Assembly (NCBI GenBank): GCA_013151445.1
Contig: JAADIG010000022.1
Span: 1,347 to 65,346 of the forward strand
Length of the DNA: 64,000 bases
Direction: 5' to 3'
From: Actinomycetota bacterium
Lineage (GTDB): Bacteria > Actinomycetota > Acidimicrobiia > Spongiisociales > UBA5794
This document shows positions 1 to 9,062 of this stretch, piece after piece. Each line of letters starts with the position of its first letter. The first letter of the stretch is position 1. The notes under the pieces were generated by a model that saw nothing but the letters and a program-made list of their open reading frames with translations, was not told where the DNA came from and did no database searches. The position numbers and the translations under genes were made by a program.

Positions 1-846
1 CGAGCAACGTGGATGCGATTCATCGACCACCACCAACCGTCCGGTTTTCTCCACCGATTGAAGAATCGTCTCACTGTCGAGCGGCGAGTACGTGCGCGGA
101 TCGATCACCTCAGCTTCGATGCCATCTCGCGATAGGAGGGTTGCCGCCTCGACCGCGGTGTGCACCATCTTTTGGACACCGACGATCGTGACATCGCGAC
201 CCGATCGGACGATACGGGCGACCCCGAACGGTATTGCATACGGTTCCTCGGGGACCTCGTCATCTTCCATGTACAGACGCTTGTGCTCAATGAAGATTAC
301 GGGGTCGGGGTCGCGGATCGCACTGATGAGCAAACCCTTGGCGTCTGCGGCGGTTGCCGGCGCTACAACCTTGAGGCCCGGGACGTGGGTGTACAACGAG
401 TACAGGGTCTGGGAGTGCTCGGCCGCCGCCCGAAAGCCTGCGCCCGCAACGGTGCGCACGACGATCGGCACCGACACCTTGCCGCCGTACACGTACCGCA
501 ACTTCGCCGCGTGGTTGAGGAGCTGGTCGAACGAGGTTCCGATGAAGTCGACGTACATGATCTCGACGACGGGGCGAAGCCCCGCAATGGCCGCACCGAT
601 TGCCGCACCGACAAAGCCCGTCTCCGCAATGGCCGTGTCGATGACGCGCTCGCGGCCGAAGAGGGGTAACAACCCCTGGGTCACGCCAAACGGTCCGCCC
701 CAGGCGTCGGCCGCCGGTGGATAGTCGGCGTCACGTCCGGCACCTCCCGCAATGTCCTCACCCATGAGGATCACCCGGTTGTCGGCAGCCATCTCCTGAC
801 GGAGGGCCTCATTGATAGCGTCCTTGACATTGAGCGTTCGTGTCAT
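1..846 (-). CDS. 2-oxoacid (pyruvate/acetoin) dehydrogenase E1 component beta subunit, C-terminally truncated by window edge
   Basis: Manual minus-strand translation from ATG at 846 reads MTRTLNVKDAINEALRQEMAADNRVILMGEDIAGGAGRDADYPPAADAWGGPFGVTQGLLPLFGRERVIDTAIAETGFVGAAIGAAIAGLRPVVEIMYVDF..., the N-terminal signature of the transketolase-like E1 beta. The frame stays open to position 1. The ORF track does not list it because there is no stop within the window. Confidence 0.8.
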   Translation of the reverse strand, partial: MTRTLNVKDAINEALRQEMAADNRVILMGEDIAGGAGRDADYPPAADAWGGPFGVTQGLLPLFGRERVIDTAIAETGFVGAAIGAAIAGLRPVVEIMYVDFIGTSFDQLLNHAAKLRYVYGGKVSVPIVVRTVAGAGFRAAAEHSQTLYSLYTHVPGLKVVAPATAADAKGLLISAIRDPDPVIFIEHKRLYMEDDEVPEEPYAIPFGVARIVRSGRDVTIVGVQKMVHTAVEAATLLSRDGIEAEVIDPRTYSPLDSETILQSVEKTGRLVVVDESHPRCS

Positions 847-856
847 TGCAGGCACC

Positions 857-1825
857 TCAGGCGATCGGTGTGTAGACATCGGTTGTGACCTCAGAAATAT
901 CGGGCCAGGGCGCTGCCTCCGCGGCAGTGAAGGCGGCGTCAACCTCGACTTGTACCGACTGTTCGATCGCGTCGAGGGTCGCCATGCCTAGTCGCGTGGC
1001 TGTGTCGGAGCGGAATCTGAGCAGGGGGTCTTGCCCGCGCCAATACGCCACCTCGGTCGGAGGTTTGTACGTTTGTGTATCACCCTCGTATTGGCCCCCA
1101 TACCGATAGGTCATCGCCTCAATGAGGCTCGGTCCGTTCCCGGTGCGTGCCCGCTCGAACGCGGCTGCTGTCGCCGCACGCACTGCGAAGACGTCCATCC
1201 CGTCAATCTGGACCGAAGGGATCTGGTAGGGACCCGTCATGGCGCTCACCGAACCGGCGAGCAGGTGATAGTCCACGGCGGTGGTTTCGGCGTACAGATT
1301 GTTCTCGCAGACGAACACGACCGGGCATTGAAAAAGGCTTGCGAACTCGAGGGCCTCGTGCCACGCCCCCTGGTGAACGGCTCCGTCACCAAAGAAGGCA
1401 ACAGCGACCGAGTCGCGACCCAGGTATTTGGATGCGAGCGCTGCGCCCGTGGCGATGGGGAGACCGCCCGCAACGATTCCCATTCCGCCGATCATGCCCC
1501 GTGATTGGTCGGCGACATGCATGGAACCGCCCTTGCCGCCACACACACCGGTGACCTTTCCGTAGATCTCTCCGGCAATCTCGTCGAGCGGTATGTCACG
1601 CGCAATGGCGTGCCCGTGGTTGCGATAGGTGGATGTGAACCAATCATCGTCGCGTAACAGTGGGATCACTCCGCACGCCACCGCCTCCTGACCCGAGTAC
1701 GTGTGGAGGTATCCGGCAACCTCCTTCGCCGCGGCGATCTCACCCACGCGGGTCTCGAACGCCCGAATACGGGCCATGCGTTCCCACAGACCAAGGAGCG
1801 TGTCGTTGTCGAGCGATCGGATCAT
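857..1825 (-). CDS. 2-oxoacid (pyruvate/acetoin) dehydrogenase E1 component alpha subunit (TPP-dependent)
   Basis: 322-aa ORF with TYRNHGH motif and GDGA...NN TPP-binding region typical of E1 alpha. Sits immediately upstream of E1 beta on the same strand with an 11-nt gap. Confidence 0.85.
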   Translation of the reverse strand: MIRSLDNDTLLGLWERMARIRAFETRVGEIAAAKEVAGYLHTYSGQEAVACGVIPLLRDDDWFTSTYRNHGHAIARDIPLDEIAGEIYGKVTGVCGGKGGSMHVADQSRGMIGGMGIVAGGLPIATGAALASKYLGRDSVAVAFFGDGAVHQGAWHEALEFASLFQCPVVFVCENNLYAETTAVDYHLLAGSVSAMTGPYQIPSVQIDGMDVFAVRAATAAAFERARTGNGPSLIEAMTYRYGGQYEGDTQTYKPPTEVAYWRGQDPLLRFRSDTATRLGMATLDAIEQSVQVEVDAAFTAAEAAPWPDISEVTTDVYTPIA

Positions 1826-1864
1826 GGGGTCTCCTTGGTGGGCAGGTCGAGGTTCGAGAATGGG

Positions 1865-2632
1865 TTAGAGGGCATCAACGAGTTCCAGGGCAACCTCGAA
1901 AACCGCCGCATTCGCTGCATCGAGGCTGGCTTGCTCATCTGGGTCGAGCGGATCAAGAAAGCTGCGGCCGGCAAGGAGTTCGTCCCACACAGCGAGCATC
2001 GAAACTGCCGACATGCCGAAATGGTTGGCCACGGCGAGTGTCGTCGCGGTTTCCATGTCGACGGAGAGGTGGCCAGCATCGCTCCACTTCGTCACCATTT
2101 CTCCGCTTTGGGCGAAAATTGAATGCCAGGTGAGGTGGACACCGTTGTGGACACGAAAGCCCCGATTCTCCAGGGACCCGCGTGCGGTGGCACTCCGGAC
2201 CTTGTCGGCAGTCGTGGTCTCGGTTGCTCCGTAGACCCGTGCGATTCCTTCTTCGCAGGCCACGACATCGGGCACGACGATGTCGCCGGGACGGAGGCCC
2301 CTCTGTAACCCGCCACAGGTCCCGATCTGGACCGCAAGACGTGTGCCGAGGCTGCCGAACAGATGGGCAACCTCTACCGCTCGAGGGGCTCCGTACGCAC
2401 AGGCGTACACAACCGGTCGGTCGTGCCAACGACCCAGGAACATGTCGGGGAATGTGAGCTCCCGGACGTCTTCGAGCTCGCTGAGCCGCCACTGCGTACG
2501 CTGCTCGCGCCACCATGAGCCCTCGCTGATGATGGCTACCGGGATGTCGTCGTCGGCGATCCCCAGCGCCCGTTGCCATTCGCCGGGGGTGAGGTCCATG
2601 ATCGAGCGAGCACCCGAGCCGGTACGAGTCAT
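1865..2632 (-). CDS. PNP_UDP_1 family nucleoside phosphorylase / MTA-type nucleosidase-like protein
   Basis: 255-aa ORF with TCGGL and VDMETA motifs of the purine/uridine phosphorylase - MTA/SAH nucleosidase fold. Stop-start overlap with the upstream hydrolase gene. Confidence 0.65.
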   Translation of the reverse strand: MTRTGSGARSIMDLTPGEWQRALGIADDDIPVAIISEGSWWREQRTQWRLSELEDVRELTFPDMFLGRWHDRPVVYACAYGAPRAVEVAHLFGSLGTRLAVQIGTCGGLQRGLRPGDIVVPDVVACEEGIARVYGATETTTADKVRSATARGSLENRGFRVHNGVHLTWHSIFAQSGEMVTKWSDAGHLSVDMETATTLAVANHFGMSAVSMLAVWDELLAGRSFLDPLDPDEQASLDAANAAVFEVALELVDAL

Positions 2633-3747
2633 CGAGCCGACTCCTCAAGCTTGCGGAAAAAGTCTCGGAAGATGGCATCCCGGTCGATGTCGTGTGCTTC
2701 GCGCATGAGTCGTTCTGTACTGAGCCGCGGCGTCCAGCGAAGATCATCATCAAGCGTCGGCGTAGGTACCAGGGATGTCGGAACCCACGACGGCTCTAGC
2801 AGCCAGGCAATCGTGATCATGTCCCACATGACCCACGTCCGTCCAAAATGATCGGGGATGGCCCGTTGTTCGTGGAGCGGGTTGTTGGTGTAGAGCTCAT
2901 GCAGGAAGTCTCCGGCCGGTCCGCGGCCACGTACCCAGCGTTCGATTTCCGGGAGCGAAACGCGTAGCTGAGCTCCGATGTAGTAACCAGGGAAATAGAC
3001 CAACGGCACGCCGCTCTCGAAAAGAATTCGCGCTGCCGCCACGTCCTGGACCAGGTTCAACGAGTCGGCGTTGGAACGCGGTGACCATGTCGGGTATCCC
3101 GACGTCCACAGCACAACAATCCGATCGATGATGGCGGGCTCCAAGACGATTGCTGACGCCACGTTGGTCACGCATCCTATGGCGACGACGTAGAGAGGAT
3201 CATCCGCCGGTTCGAGTGCGAGCTCGATGAGCCTTCTGACGGCAGGGCTGTCGACGGGTTCGTTTGAAGATGCCATGTATCTCGGTGCACCACGAAAGAC
3301 GAGTCCCTCCGGATCGGCACCGACGTGCCCGTAGACGCGGAGGATTTCGTCGTAACTTCGTTCCATACCTTCTGGGGGGAGTACAAACTCGACGTCTTGT
3401 ACGTCGCGCCCCGCCTCGGCAAGCCGCGCCGCCCAACCCGTGAATGCGTCGATCGTTGCGTTCTCAGGCTCTGTGGTGTCCTGGGATTTGAGGCGTTGCG
3501 CCGCGGCGAGCAAATCGGCCCGGTGGTGTGCAAACGAATACGGTTCGGCAAGGACTGCCTGAATGTTCAGACGACCGGGGGACTGCAGCGCCCAGACCAG
3601 GGCGAACTGGTCGTCGATTTCGTTCGCCGCGTCCGTATCGATGACGACACGTACTGGACCGGTAGGCGGTTCCAGAAGAGCCGAACGGCGCTCTGAGGAA
3701 ATCGACGGGGATGCAGATCGATCGTTCACGAGGGACCCTCGAACCAT
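2629..3747 (-). CDS. inosine-uridine preferring nucleoside hydrolase (IUNH) family protein
   Basis: VVIDTDAANEIDDQFAL matches the DXDXXXDD nucleoside hydrolase fingerprint. Start is ambiguous: GTG at 3756 or ATG at 3747. Overlaps the aldolase stop. Confidence 0.8.
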   Translation of the reverse strand: MVRGSLVNDRSASPSISSERRSALLEPPTGPVRVVIDTDAANEIDDQFALVWALQSPGRLNIQAVLAEPYSFAHHRADLLAAAQRLKSQDTTEPENATIDAFTGWAARLAEAGRDVQDVEFVLPPEGMERSYDEILRVYGHVGADPEGLVFRGAPRYMASSNEPVDSPAVRRLIELALEPADDPLYVVAIGCVTNVASAIVLEPAIIDRIVVLWTSGYPTWSPRSNADSLNLVQDVAAARILFESGVPLVYFPGYYIGAQLRVSLPEIERWVRGRGPAGDFLHELYTNNPLHEQRAIPDHFGRTWVMWDMITIAWLLEPSWVPTSLVPTPTLDDDLRWTPRLSTERLMREAHDIDRDAIFRDFFRKLEESAR

Positions 3748-4664
3748 GTAGTCCACGGTGTTGCATGCGCCGCGGCGATGTCCGTGAGGTCCTGCAATCG
3801 CTGTTTAGCCTCGGCTGTGGCGGCGATCCGGTCGGCAGTGTCGGTGGCGACAAGATCCTGCCAGATCGCCCTTCCTGCGACGTAGCCGGATGCCCCGGCG
3901 TCGCACGCAATTGTGAGCTGTCGGCTGAATGTTGCCAGGTCTGCACCGCCCGATAACAGGGTCCACGGACAGGGACTTGCGGCGGTCAGCTCGGCGCACG
4001 CGTCGTGCCATTCGGATTCGTTGTCGTTGTCCCGGTTCGACGGGAATTCAAGCTTGAGGATATCGACGCCCAGGTCGCCGATTCGGTGTGCGGTCTCGAT
4101 GACGACCTTTCTGCGATCGTTCTGCTTTGTAAGCGGGACCAGGGGCTCGGCGAACAGGGGGAGTTCGTGGCGTTCACACGCATCAACGAGGCTCGACACA
4201 AATTCATGAGCCCCATTTGTCGACGAGAACGGGTCGTACACGAAGGACACTTTGACACCCGTTGCTCCGGATCGAGCCGCTCGTGCCACATCCCAGTCCG
4301 CAAAGAGGCGGGGCGGCCTGTCGGGTGAGGCATAGTCACCGTCTTCGAGTCCTATCAAGAGGCCGGTTGTTCCCGCAAGGGCGTCTTGCTCCACGATCGG
4401 CGCCAGTCCGAGGACAGGATCGATAAGGATGCCCGATGCGGGTTGGGAGACCGTCGAAACGAGGTGGAGTTTGAGAGCGATGAGCTCGGCGTCCGTCACT
4501 GTCTCGGGTTTATCCGGCCGAGCAACCATGGTCATGGCGGCAATATGATCGACCGCAAGTATTGCGAACACTTGCTCCGGGGTAGAGAGGGCTTGGAGGG
4601 CCCGCCGTTTCCCGAGAGAGAGCGTACCGTCGAGCCTCGATGTGGGATTGTCAATTGTGGTCAT
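3726..4664 (-). CDS. class I aldolase of the DeoC/LacD family (tagatose-bisphosphate / sulfofructose-phosphate aldolase-like)
   Basis: Blocks FAILAVDH, ILIDPVLGL, VDILKLEFPSN, LLSGGAD and GYVAGRAIW align with LacD motifs (ISALAFDQ, ILLDPEYGL, VDVLKVEVPVN, YLSAGVS, GVLCGRATW). ATGA overlap with the ABC ATPase stop. Confidence 0.75.
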   Translation of the reverse strand: MTTIDNPTSRLDGTLSLGKRRALQALSTPEQVFAILAVDHIAAMTMVARPDKPETVTDAELIALKLHLVSTVSQPASGILIDPVLGLAPIVEQDALAGTTGLLIGLEDGDYASPDRPPRLFADWDVARAARSGATGVKVSFVYDPFSSTNGAHEFVSSLVDACERHELPLFAEPLVPLTKQNDRRKVVIETAHRIGDLGVDILKLEFPSNRDNDNESEWHDACAELTAASPCPWTLLSGGADLATFSRQLTIACDAGASGYVAGRAIWQDLVATDTADRIAATAEAKQRLQDLTDIAAAHATPWTTWFEGPS

Positions 4665-5764
4665 AGGACTGCCGATCCCTCGGCCAATGTTGCCTCTGCC
4701 GACCCCGTTGTCGCGGTGTCATCGTCGGCGACGATCGACACGTGACCACGTGGCAGGAGGAGCCGTACGGTATCCCCGTTGCGAGCCTGGAACGCTGCCG
4801 GGGCTTGGATCTGCCATGGCGTATCCCCAATCGTTACCGTCAGCTGTGTGTGGGACCCCATGTAGATGAGCGACGTAACCACTGCCGGTACGACGTTCTC
4901 CTGGTCAGTTTCCTCGTTCACCAACCGCACTTCCTCGGGCCGGACGGTGAGTACGGAGGGGCCGTCCTCGACGGTTTCGGAAGTCGATACGATCTCGATT
5001 GGGCCAACGTCGGTGTGAATCGTCGAGCCTCTGCGATGGCCGCGGAGAAAGTTTCCGTTCCGAAAGAATCGTGCAACACCGGTGGTGCGAGGTGTGCGAA
5101 AGAACTCGTCCGGAGCGCCCACCTGCTGGAGGACGCCGTCGAACATCAGGGCCACCCGGTCGGCCAACATCACGGCCTCCTCCTGGTCGTGGGTCACAAA
5201 GATCGCGGTGATCCCCATTTCCTTCTGGATTGAGCGGATCAAGTGGCGCATGGTGATCCGGAGATTGGCGTCAAGGTTCGCCAGGGGTTCGTCGAGCAAC
5301 AACACCTTGGGGCGGACGATGAGCGCTCTCGCCAGGGCGACCCGTTGCTGCTGGCCACCGGAGAGTTCGTGTGCCTTGCGGTCTTCGAGTCCTGGAAGGT
5401 CGACGAGTTCCAGAATCTCCTTGACCCGTTCTGCGGTCTCCTCGCGCGAGACCCTTGCCATTTTGAGCCCAAACCCGACGTTCTGAGCAACGTTCATGGT
5501 CGGGAACAGCAGATGTTTCTGGAAAACCATCACGGCACCCCGGCGTTCCGTAGGGGTGGAGAGCACTGACTCCCCATCAAACAGAATGTCGCCCGAGCTC
5601 GGCTCGATGAGTCCCGTAATCATCCGCAGTGTGGTTGTTTTTCCGCACCCCGAAGGGCCCAGGAAGGCAACCATTTCTCCCGATTCGATATCAAGGTTGA
5701 GATCGCGGACTGCGACGTGGTCGCCGAAACGGCGTGAGATATGACGGAGCGATACAGCGGTCAT
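4661..5764 (-). CDS. ABC transporter ATP-binding protein (PotA/MalK-like with C-terminal TOBE domain)
   Basis: Walker A GPSGCGKTT, signature LSGGQQQRVALARAL, Walker B LLLDEP, and a C-terminal TOBE-like beta domain. 4-nt overlaps on both sides. Confidence 0.9.
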   Translation of the reverse strand: MTAVSLRHISRRFGDHVAVRDLNLDIESGEMVAFLGPSGCGKTTTLRMITGLIEPSSGDILFDGESVLSTPTERRGAVMVFQKHLLFPTMNVAQNVGFGLKMARVSREETAERVKEILELVDLPGLEDRKAHELSGGQQQRVALARALIVRPKVLLLDEPLANLDANLRITMRHLIRSIQKEMGITAIFVTHDQEEAVMLADRVALMFDGVLQQVGAPDEFFRTPRTTGVARFFRNGNFLRGHRRGSTIHTDVGPIEIVSTSETVEDGPSVLTVRPEEVRLVNEETDQENVVPAVVTSLIYMGSHTQLTVTIGDTPWQIQAPAAFQARNGDTVRLLLPRGHVSIVADDDTATTGSAEATLAEGSAVL

Positions 5765-6597
5765 AGTTTGCCAAAGCCTCCCATTAGAGCCGAATCTCGA
5801 CTGAGCTGCCGAGATGTCAAAACCAGTACGACGATCGCGGGTGCGACAAACACAAGGCTGATCGCAGCCGCCGTGGAGTTATTTCCTCCGCTCAGGAAGG
5901 GGAAGAGCACGAGGGGGAGCGTCACGAAGGTACCTCCACCAATGAGGAGAGTCGTCACGTATTGACCCCACGAAATCAGGAATGTGAACATTGACGCGAC
6001 GAGCAGACCCGACGAAATGGCTGGCAGGGTGACGTAGCGAAATACCCGATACCGGTTTGCGCCGAGGGTACGGGCGGTCTCCTCAAGTGCGGTGCCATAG
6101 TTCGCAAAGACGCTTGCCATGACGAGCACGAAGTATGGAATTGCCGGGATCAGATGGACAAGAGCGACACCAAACAAGGTCTCCGTCAGACGTAGCCGGA
6201 TGAAGATCTGATGTATTCCCATGGTTGCGACCAGCGCAGGAACGATAATGGGCATCATCAGGAGCCATTCGACGGTGCTCTTGCCGCGGAACTCGTGTTG
6301 ACCCAACGCCCGCGAGGCTGGCAGTCCCACGACGATCGCCATGCCGGTCACGAGCAGTGCCAGTCTTGTGCTATTCCACAGGCCCTCGAGCACCCGCGAT
6401 GAATCACTGGCCGTGTACGACCACGCACGCAACCCCCACTCGGTGGGGAGGATGTTTGGAAAGTTCCAGCGGAACGCAAACGACCAGACAACCAGCGTGC
6501 TGATGGGAACCACGACAAACACCACGATGGAGGTGACTGCTGTCCAGCGCGCCCATCGCGGCACGAGGCCGGTTCGTTTCTCCGGTTCTGTCGTCAT
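5761..6597 (-). CDS. ABC transporter permease (PotC-like)
   Basis: 278-aa polytopic membrane protein with the binding-protein-dependent transport inner-membrane signature. Adjacent to the ATPase. Confidence 0.85.
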   Translation of the reverse strand: MTTEPEKRTGLVPRWARWTAVTSIVVFVVVPISTLVVWSFAFRWNFPNILPTEWGLRAWSYTASDSSRVLEGLWNSTRLALLVTGMAIVVGLPASRALGQHEFRGKSTVEWLLMMPIIVPALVATMGIHQIFIRLRLTETLFGVALVHLIPAIPYFVLVMASVFANYGTALEETARTLGANRYRVFRYVTLPAISSGLLVASMFTFLISWGQYVTTLLIGGGTFVTLPLVLFPFLSGGNNSTAAAISLVFVAPAIVVLVLTSRQLSRDSALMGGFGKL

Positions 6598-6598
6598 G

Positions 6599-7483
6599 TC
6601 ACTTCACCGCCGATCGGGCAAGGCGTCGATACGCGATCAGCAACAGTATCGCTACGACGGCGAGCACGATGCTGATTGCCATTGCTTGTGGACGCAGCGC
6701 GAGGTCGGGGTCTTGATATTCTCGGAACGCAACCACCGGGAGCGTCGACGGGAATCGGACCCCAAGAAGAAGAGGGATTTCGTAGTTGGCAAAGGTGAAA
6801 GCGAAGATGATGATCGACGTTGACATGACACCGGGCATGATGAGGGGCAAGAGGACGTGCCGGAATCGTTGCCGTGCGTTCGCCCCGAGGGTACGCGCCT
6901 GCTCCTCGTATTGGGGGCCGACGCTCTGCAGGATCGCGAGTATGACGAGTCCGACGAACGGGACTTCCTTCCATAGAAACGTCAGGATGATGGCAACGCC
7001 ACCCTTGTCGAATACGAGTGCGGGGAAGTCGGCGGGTGTGTCCATCAATCCGACTGCCGTTGCGATGCGGGCAATCAGCCCGGACTGGGTAATGAGCAAG
7101 ATGATGCCGCTGGCAGCGACGAGATGAGGTACGGGCAGTGGCACCTGGAACAGAAACGTGGTGATTTTTGATCCGGCGAATTTCTCACGCAGTACAAGTG
7201 TGAATGCGATCGCAAGCACGCTCGATAAGACGGTAGTAACAGCGGCGATGCGGAACGTGAGCCACAGGGAAATGAGAAAGTTACGGTCCGTGAGCACTGT
7301 GGTGTAGTTCGAGAATGTGAATTCGTTGAGGCCGATCGCGGGGAAGTACCCCAGACTCTGGCCGAGACCGACGAGGATTCCACCACCGAACAGCACAACC
7401 ACGAGTCCCAATGCGGGTGCCAGCATGAGTGGAATCTTGAGGCCGTTTCTGATTCGGCGTGCGGTCATCGGGGTACTGGTCAC
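6599..7483 (-). CDS. ABC transporter permease (PotB-like)
   Basis: 294-aa polytopic membrane protein. GTG start at 7483 is preceded by AAGGAGA at 6-nt spacing. Stop is adjacent to the next permease start. Confidence 0.85.
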   Translation of the reverse strand: MTSTPMTARRIRNGLKIPLMLAPALGLVVVLFGGGILVGLGQSLGYFPAIGLNEFTFSNYTTVLTDRNFLISLWLTFRIAAVTTVLSSVLAIAFTLVLREKFAGSKITTFLFQVPLPVPHLVAASGIILLITQSGLIARIATAVGLMDTPADFPALVFDKGGVAIILTFLWKEVPFVGLVILAILQSVGPQYEEQARTLGANARQRFRHVLLPLIMPGVMSTSIIIFAFTFANYEIPLLLGVRFPSTLPVVAFREYQDPDLALRPQAMAISIVLAVVAILLLIAYRRLARSAVK

Positions 7484-7579
7484 GGGCTGTCTCCTTTCGA
7501 AGGTGCTGGTTGGCTGGTTAGTTGGTGCTGGTGGGGGTATCTCCAGTCGGAGACACCCCCACCAGGTAGGTTGCGGGTT

Positions 7580-8938
7580 CTAGTTCTCGAGTACGTTCTT
7601 AATCCAACCGGCTTCCATTGCTGTCACCCAGTCGCCAGCTGGCTCCGGAAGGGCGTTCGCATTGAGGACTGCGGCCGGGAGTGTCGCTACACCGGTACCG
7701 TACGAGTCGAGTGTCGCCTGGTCCTCGGCTGGCCAGGTTGTCGGGTCGGTCGGGATCAACCAGCCCCACTGGTCAGGGTCGGCCATGATCAGCGAGAACT
7801 CCGGCGAGACCATGTAATTGGCCACGACCATCGCCCCAGCCGGGTTGGCGGAGTTGAACGGGATCGTCACGTAGTTGTTGTTCGACAGGGTTCCGGTGTC
7901 AAACACGAACGTACGAATCGTCTCGGGGTACGTTCCCTCAGCGATGTTGGATGACGCCCGCGAAGGGTTGTAACCCATGTTGAACTGGATCTCCTGGTTC
8001 GCCAAGAGGTCTGTCATCGCCGCAGCTTCAGGGTACGTCGATCCGCCGCGCCAGAGATCCGGCTCGAGGTCGTTCAGGTACGCCCACACGGTCGGTGCGT
8101 ACTTGTCGAACACTGCTTGATCGAACTCGCCAAGGAACTCATCGGGTCCTCCGGCTGCCCAATAGAAGAGCGTGCGCACGAATACGCTGCCGGTGAAGTC
8201 TGGAATAGCCGGATAGGTGAACTGTCCGGGATTCGCCTTCACCCAGTCACTAAGCGCCTCGAAGGTGGTTGGTGGCTCGGGCACGAATGCCGTGTTGTAT
8301 TCCATGACGAACTGTGCGTGGCCCCATGGCGACTCAAGCCCATCCACGGGTTCACCGAAGTCGTTGGCAATTGCCGGGTCATCCCAGGCCACATATTTGG
8401 CATTGGGAATCGACTCGGACCACGGTCCGTACAACAAGTCCGCAGACTTGAGTGTCCGGAAGTTCTCTCCGTTGATCCAGATGAGGTCGACAGACCCTCC
8501 CGAATCCACGCCTGCGGCGGCTTCATCGAGGACCTTGTTGACGACGTCGGCAGTGTCAGTGATCGGAACGCGGTTCAACGTAATGTTGTATCGCTCCTTC
8601 ATGACCTTGCCGATATCGTTGTCGACATTGGAGTTGATGGTGTCCGAGCCGCCCCACATGAACCAGTTCACTGTGGTTCCATCAGCAGCCGCAAGGACGT
8701 CCTCCCAGGTGCTGTATCCCGGCACGTCGACCGGGGTAGTTGGTGCGGGGGCCGCTGTCGTTGTCGTTGTCGCTGCAGGGGCCGCGGGGGCCGCTGTCGT
8801 TGTCGTTGTGGCTGCCGGTGCGGCCGGGGCCTTGGTTGTTGTGGCACTTTCGGTGCCACCGCCACAGGCAGCAACGATGAGGGCAAAGGCGAACAGGACC
8901 ACAAGGGTCTTCGTTCGGGAGTGCTTTCGTTGTATCAT
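7580..8938 (-). CDS. ABC transporter substrate-binding lipoprotein (family 1 extracellular solute-binding protein)
   Basis: Start refined to ATG at 8938 (MIQRKHSRTKTLVVLFAFALIVAACGG, lipobox LVAAC), preceded by AGGAGG. Mature protein begins with a Thr/Ala/Pro-rich linker followed by a ~400-aa periplasmic-binding fold. The upstream 84 codons of the listed ORF are rejected. Confidence 0.8.
   Translation of the reverse strand: MIQRKHSRTKTLVVLFAFALIVAACGGGTESATTTKAPAAPAATTTTTAAPAAPAATTTTTAAPAPTTPVDVPGYSTWEDVLAAADGTTVNWFMWGGSDTINSNVDNDIGKVMKERYNITLNRVPITDTADVVNKVLDEAAAGVDSGGSVDLIWINGENFRTLKSADLLYGPWSESIPNAKYVAWDDPAIANDFGEPVDGLESPWGHAQFVMEYNTAFVPEPPTTFEALSDWVKANPGQFTYPAIPDFTGSVFVRTLFYWAAGGPDEFLGEFDQAVFDKYAPTVWAYLNDLEPDLWRGGSTYPEAAAMTDLLANQEIQFNMGYNPSRASSNIAEGTYPETIRTFVFDTGTLSNNNYVTIPFNSANPAGAMVVANYMVSPEFSLIMADPDQWGWLIPTDPTTWPAEDQATLDSYGTGVATLPAAVLNANALPEPAGDWVTAMEAGWIKNVLEN
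8747..8824 (-). repeat. 2 x 39-bp tandem direct repeat encoding the Thr/Ala/Pro-rich lipoprotein linker
   Basis: gggggccgctgtcgttgtcgttgtcgctgcagg and gggggccgctgtcgttgtcgttgtggctgccgg are adjacent on the plus strand. On the minus strand they translate to TTTTTAAPAAPAA twice. Confidence 0.7.
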
Positions 8939-9062
8939 TCGGTTCTCCTCCTTGTCACGGGGCTGGAGTAGTCCCAATCCCTTTGTGCTATCACTGCTTG
9001 GGTTGGGGCTATGTTGTTTCGGACGCAAGCTATTTCGGTGCTGCACACCGGAATGCTTCGAT

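Noticed and set aside
92-724. 210-aa plus-strand ORF (and 160..669) covering the left end
   Set aside because: Low-complexity Ser/Arg/Thr-rich translation. The opposite strand encodes a clean E1 beta subunit, so this is an antisense shadow ORF typical of high-GC DNA.
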